A DNA stretch of 64,000 nucleotides, taken from contig JAQGDQ010000050.1 in assembly GCA_030141605.1 (NCBI GenBank), positions 569,971 to 633,970 of the forward strand, written 5' to 3'. This stretch comes from Tubiluchus corallicola. Its lineage: Eukaryota > Animalia > Priapulida. Both the position numbers and the translations under genes were made by a program. Of this stretch, positions 35,101-48,600 are shown piece after piece. The notes below the pieces were generated by a model, which was given only the letters and a program-made list of their open reading frames with translations, made no database searches and was not told the origin of the DNA. The first letter of the stretch is position 1, and each line of letters begins with the position of its first letter.

Positions 35101-35834
35101 AATTTGCCTGGTTTCTTATTTGTAGTAGTAAAATGAAGTCTTTTGGGAAAAATATTAATGGAAGTCTGAGACCGATAAATTTTAAGGGAATTGTAACGAT
35201 GACCACATTTAATTATTATTACGTCTTTACGCACTTTAAAAAAGAAACCTTTTAACCTCATGTTTTAAGCTACGAGAACAGGGACAAAACTTCTCGTTCG
35301 CCTAGCAATTTTAGCTTGCACACACGGTTAAAATATTCAGATTAATTTTTTCTTAATTTGCAGGTTGGGAGTGTGTCTGGATTACTAGTTATTCTTGTCA
35401 CTCTGATTCTGCAAGGTCTGATATTCCCAGCAATGTTTCGTGTGCGATGGACGATATTCTTCGCCGCGTTTTCCATGCCAGCTCTTGGCTTCACTTTCGG
35501 ATTTGTTTTGGCGACAATTTTTCGAATGAAATGGCACCTGTGCCGGACGATTTCCATGGAAACCGGCGCGCAGAATGTTTCTCTTGCAATCACTCTTGTT
35601 ACATTTACCTTTTCCGATGAACTTCTAGGGGAAATGATTTTATTTCCATCACTTTACGGCGTCACTGTCATTACCGATTCTTTCATTTTTGTGGGAATTT
35701 ATTTATTTTATAAATTCGTTATCGCCAATAAAAAATCAGTGGAATTCAGTGAAAAAGAAGTAGATGAAAAAGAGAAAAGCTTCAACGTTACTTCAACTAA
35801 CAGGACAGACAAAATTGATATTGCAAAATACTAG
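31874..35834 (+). CDS. SLC10A-family sodium/bile acid cotransporter (SLC10A2/A6-like), 4 exons, about 336 aa
   Basis: Exons 31874-32104, 33191-33294, 33401-33605 and 35364-35834, all GT-AG and phase-consistent. Motifs [47 protein letters not shown] and [11 protein letters not shown]. Start context CCACCATGG. Confidence 0.95.
33191..33294 (+). CDS. SLC10A-like exon 2 ([10 protein letters not shown])
   Basis: TTTCATAG acceptor, AG|GTAAAC donor. Confidence 0.93.
33401..33605 (+). CDS. SLC10A-like exon 3
   Basis: CTTTCAG acceptor, AAA|GTAAGA donor. Confidence 0.93.
33880..34326 (+). mobile_element. Helentron-associated (HINE/DINE-1-like) non-autonomous element
   Basis: About 142-146-bp tandem core repeats (AAAGTTT..TGACGAT at about 33909, 34051, 34197; CCATCTTGAA; GATGCGGAATT), a short (AAC)n tract and a terminal hairpin TCGAG-TCG-CTCGA. 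Confidence 0.65.
34579..35068 (+). mobile_element. about 490-bp dispersed repeat, copy 1 (TTAA-flanked, Kolobok-like)
   Basis: Colinear with 42600-43093: AAAAATCGTCTT.AAATT.TGTATCAC, TTTATCA.GTCAA, CATTTTAAATTA, TAATATAACTTTGTATGGAA. Confidence 0.75.
35364..35834 (+). CDS. SLC10A-like exon 4
   Basis: TTTGCAG acceptor; [12 protein letters not shown]; TAG stop. Confidence 0.93.
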   Translation, partial: VGSVSGLLVILVTLILQGLIFPAMFRVRWTIFFAAFSMPALGFTFGFVLATIFRMKWHLCRTISMETGAQNVSLAITLVTFTFSDELLGEMILFPSLYGVTVITDSFIFVGIYLFYKFVIANKKSVEFSEKEVDEKEKSFNVTSTNRTDKIDIAKY

Positions 35835-36351
35835 AATTAAAAACAGCAACTAAAACGGCATTAAGAGATAAATCAAATGGCGCATAAGTTGTAAAGTTGG
35901 TATTTCTTGTCAAGCAAATACAAATTAGGACAATATACAAAAAAGTGTTCTTCGTGGTGGGCGGTCGAGAGGTTACGTGCTGTACATTCTGAATGTGGCC
36001 TTTTTTGTCTAATTGATTCCGAGCTAATTTTTGGTAAAATTTGCTAAAAAACAATGACCGTCTCTTTCCACAGCTACAGTTGTAGCCCTCATGCATGCAG
36101 AGCTTGAAAATGGCCAGTCAAGTGTCGTACCGCATTTTGTATACAATTTGACGAATCCTCCTTAACAACGCAAATTCAATTCTTAATGACAAAGAATAGT
36201 GATCATTAAAGAAAACTCCCGCAATAGAAAAAAAGGAAAAATACGATGCAGTTTATTTTTATATGAAAAAGAAAGAAATCACCTTGTTCAAAATGTAAAC
36301 ATTGTAATGCTTTTAGAAACATATTGTACATAGTTTTTAAAAATAAAGAAT

Positions 36352-36352
<1 letters not shown>

Positions 36353-36418
<66 letters not shown>
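36353..36418. repeat. (AAT)n microsatellite
   Basis: Directly visible; followed by a short LINE-tail-like fragment (NRIINIWNELSESV). Confidence 0.97.
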
Positions 36419-36419
<1 letters not shown>

Positions 36420-37642
36420 AGCCCATTCTCTGTAACCGAATAATTAATATCTGGAATGAGCTCTCAGAGTCTGTTTACGGTGCCTCCTTGGTCTGTGTTC
36501 AGTATAGCACTCTTTTTAAGAGATCTTAAAGTATATTAAGTAGAGATATAAAGTAGAAATAAGTGATCTTAATAGTCCTCTGTCTTTTAACACCTGTAAG
36601 TAGCGAAGGCTCTTTGTGCTTTTGTTCGTAATCTTTTAACTAGCCTTTTTGATTGTAAAACTTTTATTCTGCGCTGTATATACGTTTTTCCTGCTTTCAT
36701 TTTTATATTTCTTGTAAATAGTTTTTTGAAATAATAAGCTTACATATTATATAAATAAATAGTACGATGACACCTTTGAATACCTTCGACGAGATGTTAA
36801 ATAGACGTGTGCGATGCACCAAGAAGACGTCAGATCAGAAATTTTATGTAGATAGACCTGCCAGATACCCTTTCTTGCGAGATTCATACCAGCAGCGGCG
36901 GTTCTGAACCATTTCATGTCAAGCAAGCAGGCTTGAATAGAGACTGGTATACATATGCACAATCTTCGCCGGGAACGATACCATTCCTACCCTGGGAGAA
37001 GCCTGAACTTCCCCGAGAAGCATCATCGTAACACTGTTTATTTGTCTTGTCATTTAGTTTTGATGTGGTTTTTTGATGTTTATTTTAATATTTGGCATTT
37101 ATATGTTGTCAGCATTGCCTGTGTCGTTTTATGTAGCTAATCGATATTAAATAAAATGTTTCTATCTATATAATTTATCCTGTATACACCTATACAAAAT
37201 GTATATTGTATCACATTTTAGCTTTGTTCTAATTAAATGTTCATTTGCCCGTGTCCGTGTTATCTTATTTGTGCATTAACTTCTTAACTTATAGGCTTTA
37301 TTCTTTGGACATTTGATTTGTTGGTGCTGGAATTTCATCATGTTCGAAAGTTTTTACGAAAGACGAATTTTAATACTGTTTGTATTTTGTTCTTTGGTTA
37401 AATGGTTTTAATATATGTGCTGGTTTAAACTTTTAACTACTTTGCATTAGGCCTACGGTGTTCTAAAACATCAACGTCATAGAATTAAAACATACATTTT
37501 TTGTGCGCATGCAGACGTGACGCCCAGATTTATTCCTTTCTGTGACGCCCAGATTTATTTCAGTAATGCATTACAGCGCCCAACCCTGATTAAAATAAGA
37601 AATTAACAATATGGCGCTAATGGATATGCCTTACCTTGATTT

Positions 37643-37656
37643 GTCTCCATAACAAC
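37643..37656. promoter_or_regulatory. RFX X-box in the putative dynein heavy chain promoter
   Basis: GTCTCCATAACAAC fits GTHNYY-AT-RRNAAC exactly and lies about 145 bp upstream of a strong donor G|GTAAGT (37801/37802). Confidence 0.65.
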
Positions 37657-39585
37657 TCTCCGACATTCTGTCTTTTAATAAAATATTAACTAGCCAGATC
37701 GCTTAAATATTTAACCTGTTAACCAGTTAATATTTAACCGTGGTGGATAAAGCTTAGAAGCTCATTTCTAGCAAAACAATATCTAGAAAAGAGGTGTAGC
37801 GGTAAGTATTCTACTTAATTCTATTTGCTTAATATAATTTAAACGTTGCACAGTTGGTTATACTTTAGAATTATCATTTCAAAGGAAAGAAATCAAACTT
37901 GTCACGTCGAAATTATTTTGATTTGATCTTTTATTTATTAATAAAAGTGTGTTAGTTTGTAACTTATTAATATGCCATACATCACAGCTTTATGTTTTTC
38001 ACAGTTTTGCAGTAATTCCCATTATGTAGTACCAGCTAAGTTGCATAATATAAAAATGGGAAAATAATAACATCTAAACTGCTGCAAGCATAATCTTGAT
38101 TTAGAAAATATGTGGTATGAAATAAGACTTATTTTTACAGTGCCCTTTTTATCGCCGCTCATTCGCATAAATGTAAAATGGTGCTCAAATTATGTAAGCC
38201 TTTAGCGTTCTTACTCCTATTCCACGTCGATGTAAAATGTTCTTAAAAAACAATTTAATCGAGAGATATAAATATTGATCAAAGTAAGAGTACTGTGATA
38301 AATAAAGTTTTTGGGAGACAAACAATGTTTCCAGATGCGTTACTTTGTATTTACTGTATTAAAAGCACGACAGTCCGAAGGGTAAAGCATGATTTATATC
38401 GGGACCCTAATGCTGAATCTATTTCCAACTCAAATAAGCTATAAAAGCCTTAAGAAGATCATTACCGACCCCTCAACATAAAAAACACGTTTAACGTAGC
38501 AGATAGTTTGAGAAAAATAATTATGTAACAAACCCTAGCAAATCAACCTGCTATTGTGCAGTACAATCAGTCCTCAAACTGCCTAATAACTCTTATTTGA
38601 AAATTGTTACGGCACAAAACTACTTAACTTATCGGCTAAATCATTACCACAAAGAAGACACAATCATCACCACACATCACACTTTTATACAACCATGATC
38701 ACCTCGACGAATGGCTCAAATCAATACTACCGCAACTGACAATAGACAATGTTCACATCATTCTGCCACCGCAGATATCATTAACACATTAACCTCAGCA
38801 GCATATGCCACCGTGAATTTCCACTAGGGCCAGCAACTTAACCACCACCCCGCCTCATATTACAATAGCTATACCAGCGCGGGTACTTTTATTTATTTAT
38901 TTGTAAAATAATAAATAAAAAAATATATATATAATAAATAATTTATAAATAATCTTAAAGCTAGTTAAGAAGTATTCAATATATAGTAGGAATGTAAACT
39001 TCTGTAGCTTAATTGTAATGAATAACTTTAAAGCCAAGTGCATCATTACTGTCATCGCCTCATTAACAACATAATTACCTAAATGCATATATCCTAATAT
39101 AAGAGAGCAGGCCAGTTTCTAACACGAACTAATTTATAGCCAATGTATAGGTGATTTAGAGAGTACTTATATAATATGAAACTGTGCACAGATTAATAGA
39201 GAAATTAGTACTAAAATTTGTGAGTGTAACTTAATATGACGTCCAATATATTTGTTATTGTATTTCAACATGTCATCTAACATTGTAACATTGTTGTTGT
39301 AGTTTTAGAAGTTCGCGACATGGTGCCGAAAAGTACTTTGTCAATTTTAACAAATGAGAATGACAATATAATAGGGTAGCGTAGCCACATGCAGTTCTGA
39401 TGTCCGAGGTACGACGCCATGGTGGTGCATTTGAAAAAGCACTAATGCTGTTACAGTTAAGGTGACAATGTCGCGATGGCGAGGCGGGGACCTTTACTAT
39501 TAGTATCGTTACCGTTATCGACTTGTTTAACAATAATACCTTTTTGTTTCTGGATTTCAGGTTCACACGTTCAGGAAATATAACG

Positions 39586-39630
39586 ATGATACCAGTCAAT
39601 CCAACAAAATACGAATACATATATATTCAA
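39586..39630 (+). CDS. dynein HC first coding segment ([15 protein letters not shown]; exon starts at 39561)
   Basis: TTTCAG acceptor, CAA|GTGAGT donor; positionally equivalent to DNAH5 LDARHNYLFAI. Confidence 0.6.
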
Positions 39631-42600
39631 GTGAGTAACTAAATCTTCAAAGTAATTCCTTTTTTTGTTTGGCCAAATGAAATTCAATTTTTATAAGTGA
39701 CAAGTTGAATCCGTCGGCGCTATAAGTCTTATTTTGTTGTCCTAGTCCCTATCGCAATTACAGCTCTTCCGCCATTGGGGGCGGGGGGGGGGGGGCATTC
39801 TACTTTTTTGTCTTTTTGTTACTTCTTTTCCTCTCAGTCTTTCTCAGTGGTTCAGAAACCTGGCCTTGTGATGATATAGATCTACAATCCATTTACCAGG
39901 TTATAATGCTGTTTTTATTAATAGGAAAATTAATAAAAGTGGTAAGGAGTAGCTTTATATTAGAAATTATTCAACTGTTCCAATTCGTAATGTTTAACTC
40001 CCTTCGAAAAAGATATCGAAGCCATTTTTATTGAAATTACTTGTAATAACGATAAAAATATAGTTGTTGGTTCTGTATATCGCCCTCCGCTAGAGTGTCC
40101 ACTCCAATTTACCAACAAAATAATCGGTATTGTAAGTAAGGTAAACAATAATCAAAAAAATTATTCATAGCTTGCGATTTTAACAGCAATTTATTAAACC
40201 ATGAAACTCATGATGATACTAAAAACCTTCTTGGTGTAATGTTTGCCAGCTACGTTTCTCCAGCCATTACACATCCGACCAGAATAACTAACATTACAGC
40301 TGCATTAATTGATAATATATTTACAAGCATAATTCGCTATGATTATAAAGCGGGCAATTTGCTAACTGATATAACTGGCGATCAACCAGCATTTTTGATT
40401 ACTGACTTAAATTTACCTATTCAAAAATCATCTGCCTTCAAAATAACACCTTCTAATAAAGATATCAAAAATGCTTTAATTCGGGATTTATTTATAACTA
40501 ATTGTGATGCTACTACTAGCATTAATGAAGTTAATCAAGCAACTGAACATTTTACCAGAAGTTTAATAATGTCCACAGTGCTCATATTAAAGAGAAACAA
40601 ATAACTGTTAACTCTAATAAAATTAAAACCTCGGCTATTGGCTTTCGAAAAGGTTTGTCCACTGAGTTAGCACTAATTAAAGCATGTGAACGAATTCTAA
40701 ACACAATAGAAAACAATTCGATAGCTGCGGGTATATTTTGTGACTAATCGAAAGCATTCAACACAATGGACCATTCAGTTCTTCTTCACAAACTCTCACA
40801 TTATGGTGTTCGAGGTTTGGCCTATAGTTGGTTTGAAAATTATCTGTTTAATAGAATCTAAGTACTCATGTATAATAACTGTCTTTCTAAATTTCACACT
40901 ATAACATGTGGTGTGCCTCAAGGCTCCATACAAGCACAATTATTATTTTTAATTTACATAAATGAAGTAAGCAAGTTATTAAGTAGAAATAATTTTTTTC
41001 CATTTGCTGATGACACTACTTTATTTTTTGACTTGTGTTATCACTCCGTTGCAGAAGTAAAAGAACTCTTAAAATTAAATGCTGACTGATTCATGGCAAA
41101 TATATTATCATTAAACCACAGACAAAATGGGTTATTTTCTATTCCACAAATAAAAATGCTTGATAATTGTGACCTACATATTGATGGAGTAATTACTGGT
41201 GCCATCTCAATTATTAAAAATAAATTGCATAAATTTCACTCAATAACAATGTAATTATAACTGTCTAATGTTACCTTATATAACTTGCCGTTATATTCTA
41301 TGCGGCAAAACATATCACACAAATTTAAACTACTTAGCTAGACATCAGCCTAAGTTTTTGAGAATCACATAATTTAACTAAACGAGCCCCAATTGAACCT
41401 ATATTTTTCTTATAACCGTGGAACTTTAAATTTCGATAGTTAATTTCTTCCCATCTTGCTATCTATACGTACAAAATACACCACAGTTTATTACCTCCGC
41501 GTCTCACAAGTCTCATCATACGTAATCATCGATATCACATCACTAAATTTAATGAATATAATGTTCCATTTTGCAGGACCAGTGTTGCCAGACATTTGTA
41601 AAATTTACGCTCCAAATTTATGGAATAAAATATCAGTTTATTTACAACACATCGAATATTATATGGCTTTGAAAGATATCTGAAATCACTTCTTCTCAAA
41701 TACTATTTATAATACAATTGTTTAACATTGAACTGAGACAGTTACAGTACATCCCATGACTGGTTACTTTACTCTTCATATTTTCAAACTTTTGTGTCAC
41801 GTCTCTGCTGAACTCCTTTCTATTTCGTTTCTCTTCTCTTTTTCTCCATCTTTACTCTACTATTTTATCTTTACTATTCTTTCTTTTTCTACCATTTTTT
41901 CTCTTGTCAACTAAGCAATTTTTTCCATTTTTCATTGTGGTTTCACAAGCTTTGTTTCTCAACCACAATGCAGCACCTATTTCTGGTTGATAAAATATTG
42001 TATTGTTTAGTAACTATTATTAATGTATTCTGTTACAATTATTGTAATTATAGTTGATTTTTCCTAATTATAATGCATAATAGTTATAAAATGTTAACAC
42101 AAATTGTAATGTAAAATTATATGCTAAAGTGGATAATAAATTATTATTCTTATAGAGTGGGGGCGTAGATCTTCGAACTCTGAACCAGCTAAAACCTCTA
42201 AAAGTACACATTAGACGACTATATCCTAAAAACTGGTATTTCTGAATGCCAATTTAACCACCATATTAGATGAAGGGCTCGGTGTGACATAAACCGAAGT
42301 TATCCTACCTTCCTCGTCAAGGGGCCAGGCTGGCTCTTATGATACACCACACTTGTATGGAGTATGCTGCAGTTTATGGCCGTACATAAAAGACACACAT
42401 ACTGATTTTCATCTTTATACTATAGAAACCTTTTAGTTATTCAGTCAAGTGTGTTCAATTGCTAGTTTGGTTGCTCTAGCATACCGTCTTCAAATCTCCA
42501 ACGCATATTCATCTGCATAATTGTTATGGTATATTTTCTAAAATGGGACTACGTATAATGACCACCGGTGTTTAATGACTGGAAAACCAAAAGATGAGTG

Positions 42601-45600
42601 TAAAAGGACAAGAAAGCCTTTTTTGCTTGCGGTAAACTAAAAAAATCGTCTTAAAATTCTGTATCACCTACAAGCTGTACACAGAACTTGTTTTTGCAGT
42701 AACGCTGTATAAAACTTGTAAATCTAACTCCTGCGCTGACAGAGACTCAGTCATTTGAACGATCAGTCTTTGAGCAACAAACTTGCGTAAAATTCGAAAA
42801 AATAAACAGAGCTTTCATGGCGCACACTTCATTAATTAACTAAACAAAAGCATGAATTACTTTATCAAGTCAAGAAAATTCATTTTTTTGCGAACCAGTG
42901 ACGCTTTTCTGTCGTACGCTGGCGTAGTGAGTCAGTGACGTTTTAGCAGTTGGTGCGACCATTTTAAATTAAGAATTTTGTTTTCAAGTTTCATAATTAT
43001 GCTTTTCAAACAGGTAAGCGTGATGTTGAATAATATAACTTTGTATGGAAAGTTTTTGAGACGTAATTTAAAATCCCCTTATTCCCCGTTTAACGTGTAC
43101 ACGCGTTTGGCACAGTGAACGTGCCATTTTTGCTTTTTTATGCAAAGCATGACCATAGGACATAAACTAAGGCTTTTTTATCAAGCGAGATAGAGATGAT
43201 GGCCGTAGATGTCTGGTTTTTGGTATCACAACATAGAGAAACTAGCTTCGGTAACTCTTACGAAGAATGGCGCTGGTGAAAAAACACGAGCTATTAGCCA
43301 CACAAAACGGAAGATTTGTTCTTCTAAAGCCATTTATCACTACATTAATTAATTTCGTTGCCGTTTCAGGTCGCCTTTGCAACTGATCTAAGTTACGAAC
43401 ATGTAAAGGAAACTTGCGAAGCTGACAAACGGGTATGTTTCTTTAATCTTAACGCATGTAGGAAAGAAGGAATTATTATTCCCTTTCTAACTATAGGAAG
43501 GGAAAAACATACTCGAGTCAGAGGAACTTATTATTGACGCTTTTAAGCCTTTAGGGAACACTATAAAACTATAAGAAAGCCTCCTAAATGTTTCAGAATA
43601 ACTTGCATTAATCAGTAACAATCAAACGCCAGCTTCTCTATCGTAAAAATAATATAGTAATAATTATTCAGGTGCAGCTTTTTCTTGGATTTTGTTATAA
43701 CTCTCGGTGATTGGTTAGTTTTCAGATTTTGATCAATTCTTTGCAAAAGATGGTGCTAAGAAGCTTATGTTTTATTATCAGTCTTCTACGCCTGTTGTGC
43801 AAGAAGCTAGACCTGTCACTCCAAAAAGCAAATTCAAAAAAATTGCTGCAAGTAAGTCTACTCACTCAATTAACTGACCCATTATTCATTTGGGGTAGCT
43901 GGTTCGATAACTTTTGCCACCCCTTCCCATTTATTTTGTTGCTTGACTTATACTAATCTTTTTTCTTGGGGGATAAAAAATGAAAGACTCGTTTTTTTAC
44001 TTGACCCCTATGCGTTATTCTGAGCAGTGTCTTTTATCACTGAAGTCAACACATTGTAATAAATTAAAAATACTTGAAAATAGCCTACAAGTGCCATAAA
44101 TAGCCACATACTTTTTATAAACAAAAATAAGCATTGCTGAGTTTGAGTTTGTCAGTTTTTGTTTAATGAGTTCAAGACGGTTTGATAACATCAAACTTTG
44201 TTTGTCAAACTAAAGCAGATTGATGGTAAATCAGCAAACGTTATTTTAGCCAAACTTGTCGTCTTTAAACTATCAGTTAAACAATCATAAACGTAATATA
44301 GAAATGACGGCACTAAAATTGTTGTTGAAATGAGGCACACTGTCATTTCTGTATAGTAGGGGAAAGCAATACTGACCGTTGCCATGGTGATAATGTATCT
44401 ATTTAGGCACCAAAACAATATTTTGGTTTTTCAATACACATTGGTAAAAGAAATAGAGAGGTGAAATCTTATTAGATCCTGATTTCATTTTTAACTTGAC
44501 CCCTATGCGTTATTCTGAACAGTGTCTTTTATCACTGAATAATGAACACATTGTGATGAATTAAAAATACTTCAAAATAGCGTATATTAAGTGTCATAAA
44601 TAGCCACATATGCAAACATACTTTTTATAAACAAAAATAAACATTGTTGAGTTTGAGTTTGTCAGTTTTTGTTTAATGAGTTCAAGACGGTTTGGTGACA
44701 TCAAACTTTGTTTGTCAAACTAAAACAGATTGATGGTAAATCAGCAAATGTTATTTTAGCCAAAATTGTCATCTTTAAACTTTCAGTTAGAGAATCATAA
44801 ACGTAATATAGAAATGACGGCACTAAAATTGTTGTTGAAATGAGGCAGACTGTCATTTCTGTATAGTAGGGGAAAGCAATACTGACTGTTGTCATGGTGA
44901 TAATGTATCTATTCAAACACCAGAACATTATTTTGGCTTCTCAATGCACATTGGTAAAAGAAATAGAGAGGTGAAATCTTATTAGAAAATTGCCATCTAT
45001 GTTGCCATCTTTTTTGAAAGAGATGAACATCTGCAGCTTGTTTGAAAAGTAGTACGAAATATTGTACTCATATTCTTTCAAATTAACTCATGGAATAGAA
45101 ACGTTTTTAATATTATACTTGTACTTAAAGTAACAAAATTAGTTTGGTTTTATATACTAGTGTTACTGTGTATGATTAGTTTTACGCTTTTGTTTATTTT
45201 TACACTCACGAGTTTTTCTTTTTAACGACACAATAAAAGGTTGAAATATAGTAACTATGATAATAACTTACATATTCCAAACAAACATACTGTCATTAAA
45301 ATTTAAGCAATAGCTTAAATGTTTGATGAAATTGTATGAAACATTAGCATTCCAGTTGTATATATTTGGGAACAATACACGCGACTTATATGATACACAG
45401 CAGAGTAGTATCTACACGGTAAACATAAATTAGAATGATCATGACTTCATCTCTTAACACGTACATCGATGTTGTGGTTTAGGTCGCTTTTCTTGAACTA
45501 GATTTCTCCATGTTTAACCGATATTTTTCATCCGCTATGTAATAAAGCCCGCCAACAACTGTCCGCTGTCAGCCCAGATCTCTCGCTCACATCTCAAGTC

Positions 45601-48600
45601 AAAATCCGTCTCCTTTTTGCCGGCAACCAACCTTCTCTGTCCGTGACGTCAACAGCTCCAGGTCTCTCGATTATATAATTTACATGTCATCAAACAGTAC
45701 CTTTCCACAGGTTGAGCCACCATTTTGCATCATAATCTAAGGGAAGTGTATTCACAAACAGCTAGCTAGTTAGGCTTTACAATTCCTAACATTTAATCAA
45801 CCTAACTTACAATAATGCCACATTAATTATCCAACTTTTAATGCCTAACACTTTTCCATAGACACGAAAAGTGGGGTAGACTCATTTGCCAAAAAAAGCT
45901 TTCTCCCAGAAAAGTTTTTTGCCAGAAAATTTGTTCTCAAAAATGTTTTTCTCAGGACCGTCATTTCCCAGGAAATAAAATGCACAAAAAATGTAATGTT
46001 AGATGATGCGAAATAAAAGATAATAATTTATTTTAACTACGTGTATTGATTAACACCGATTATATGATAAAAAATTGGTCAACTCGTTAAGGCAAGAAAG
46101 TAGATTTGTAGCATCATAACGATTATGGCGAATCGTGTTGATCTTTCTGTGATTGATTTTTCTGTTAAAAATATTTCTGGGAAATATTTTTTCTGTGAAA
46201 CGAGCATTGTAAGAAAAATATTTTCTGGGAAAAAGTTTTCTGCAATTTTTTTCTGTCAAGTTTGCTTTTTTGTGCAAAATTCTGGGAAACGGACCTAAAT
46301 TTTGAAGAGCGCCAATTTTCTTCTGCTGTTTAACTTTTATTGTCCTTTGTCCACAGCTCAGCATGGATGCTACCGATCATCACTATAACTTTATGCGATA
46401 GTCAACTATGTAACCACAGATGTAACAAACGTCTATTAAAGGTTTCCGATTTTGCACGAAAAATTGAAAACTGCAAAGTAATAAGATAGGGCTGGTGCAG
46501 CAATCGCCAGCATTGGCAGATACCGTTCACTACTCTCTATACCAGTGAATAAAAAGACGCCGTTTAAGATGGATTGGGCATATCCTTAGACTACCTGATG
46601 ATAGTCCAGTGATGAAATCTCTTCAACAAACCATAGAACCAGCCAAAAACCTGCATGCGGTCAAATGTTAACACTTTTAGATTTTGCACAGAAAGATTTA
46701 AACACTTCAGCACTGATCGCTAGAGATAAATGCACTGGGGGCATTGCAGCGAATAAGGAGTCCTGACGTAGGAGGTAAAGAGAATCATGGCGCTGGACGT
46801 ATGATTCATTAGATGATGATATATCATTGAACGGTTTAGTGACGCTAGCTTATAGTTGCCACTCTCATTGCACTTTTAAATTTACTTGTATATATGTTCT
46901 GTGAAGCTACTACATTACTTAGGAAATGATTCCATTAACTAATCATGTGATGACTAAAGCAATGTTTCTGTATATTAGTAGTACCAACACTAGGACTAAA
47001 CAGTTATCAGAATGTCCCCGAAGCCGACGAAAACATCTGGACTCATAAGCATCAATCTTTGATAATCTGTTCAACCGGCCATACACCAATTTCAATTACC
47101 ATACCCCTACAACTACTTAACACCTTTTGTGACAAAAGTTTTGTAACATTTCTATTTTTTTCCATCCTACGCATTTTTATTTAATCACTCCACTTCATGT
47201 TTCAGTATTGTAGATCACTCCTCGTATCACAATTGTGTCTAAACTTTTCTTCATTTCTAGAACTATTCAGAGTTTGGCATCTTTTTTCCCATTCTCTCGT
47301 ATGTCTAGGTATTATACCAAGTACTTTCATCAATCTGTCCTTTTAATTCTTGCCCTTTATTATTATATTAAATAGTTTTCCTATTCTTAATACCTGTAAT
47401 TTTGTGTTCTGAAGACATTTTTCCATTTTTTCAAAGAAACTACAAAATATGCACCACATTATCTAATTGTTCATCATTGTCCGTACTGCATTGTCATCTA
47501 CACAATACTCTTGCATTTATTCTTAAGTTAGATTCTACTGCATCATCTCCAACATTGTTAATTAAATTCTGTCCGTTATTACGTTCTTGGACTTGTACTA
47601 TTTCTTGGCACACAATTCACCATGCTGTAACCAGTTACCACTGTCTCCCAGATGTGTTTGTATTACTACCCAACCTTTCTTGTTCATTTCATAGATCTGA
47701 CAAATTTCTTTTGGTGTCATACCTTTCATCCACATCTCAACCAAACAACCTGTCAGAACAACAAAATGTTGATGTCTATAGTCATAGCTTCTAGTTGCTG
47801 AAGAAGCCATTGATGACTATAAATGCAGTTCAGTTGAATTTATATTTTGTTCCGTTGTATTCTGTGTCTGACCCCAACATAGTAGTTTGAAAGGATGAGT
47901 GTTCAAGGCAGCAAATAACAAATTTGCATAATATAGTATTATTAAGAACTTTAAAACACTATACATGCAATGTGTTGTTGACAGTTTCTGTCACATACTG
48001 TGCACATCTTTGAATATATGCACATGTAACTTACTGTACATGCCTATTTGGAAATATGGTGTCTTTTAAAAGTTTTTATTGCTGTACATAATTACTACTA
48101 ATAAATTCCATTTTGTTCTTTGTGTACCTGTAACTCGTGAATGGCTGTGCAATTTCTTATGTGGCCAAGCAGGAATCAAACTGTAAGAAGTAGTTCAAAA
48201 ATTCGTCAAGAATACTAGTAGATTTGAGTAAGGAAACAGACTTGTATTTTCTTAGATCATGTCACATTTTATTATGCATTGCTTCTAACAGAATCAAGAT
48301 TGTAAAACTTTACTTTGTATGTTGCCTGAGATCTTCACATCAGCTTTGCTGTTGACCAATGACCACGTTATACTTGAAAAATAATAAATAAAAATACATT
48401 GTAAAAAAACTTTAAGAAAAATTCATATGTGAAGCTCATTGTTCATATTAAAAAGTCTTCAGTGTATCAATTGAACTTGTGTCCATTGTCTAACTGTACT
48501 CCAATATCAAATTAGAAACCATAATATTTGACCAAGAATGCAGTTTTCATTAAATTTTTATATTTGCTGCTACAGTGATTTGCTCATTATTTGTTATGAT

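Noticed and set aside
44191-44928. Pair of near-identical 75-aa ORFs as duplicated small genes
   Set aside because: A by-product of the intronic tandem duplication; no splice or domain support.
46590-46620. CTGATGA...GAAA hammerhead-like motif
   Set aside because: Lies within the RTE-like coding frame ([10 protein letters not shown]) and has no stem II.
47280-47800. 130-aa ORF 47402-47794
   Set aside because: No motifs; probably the antisense of a very decayed retroelement, too weak to call.
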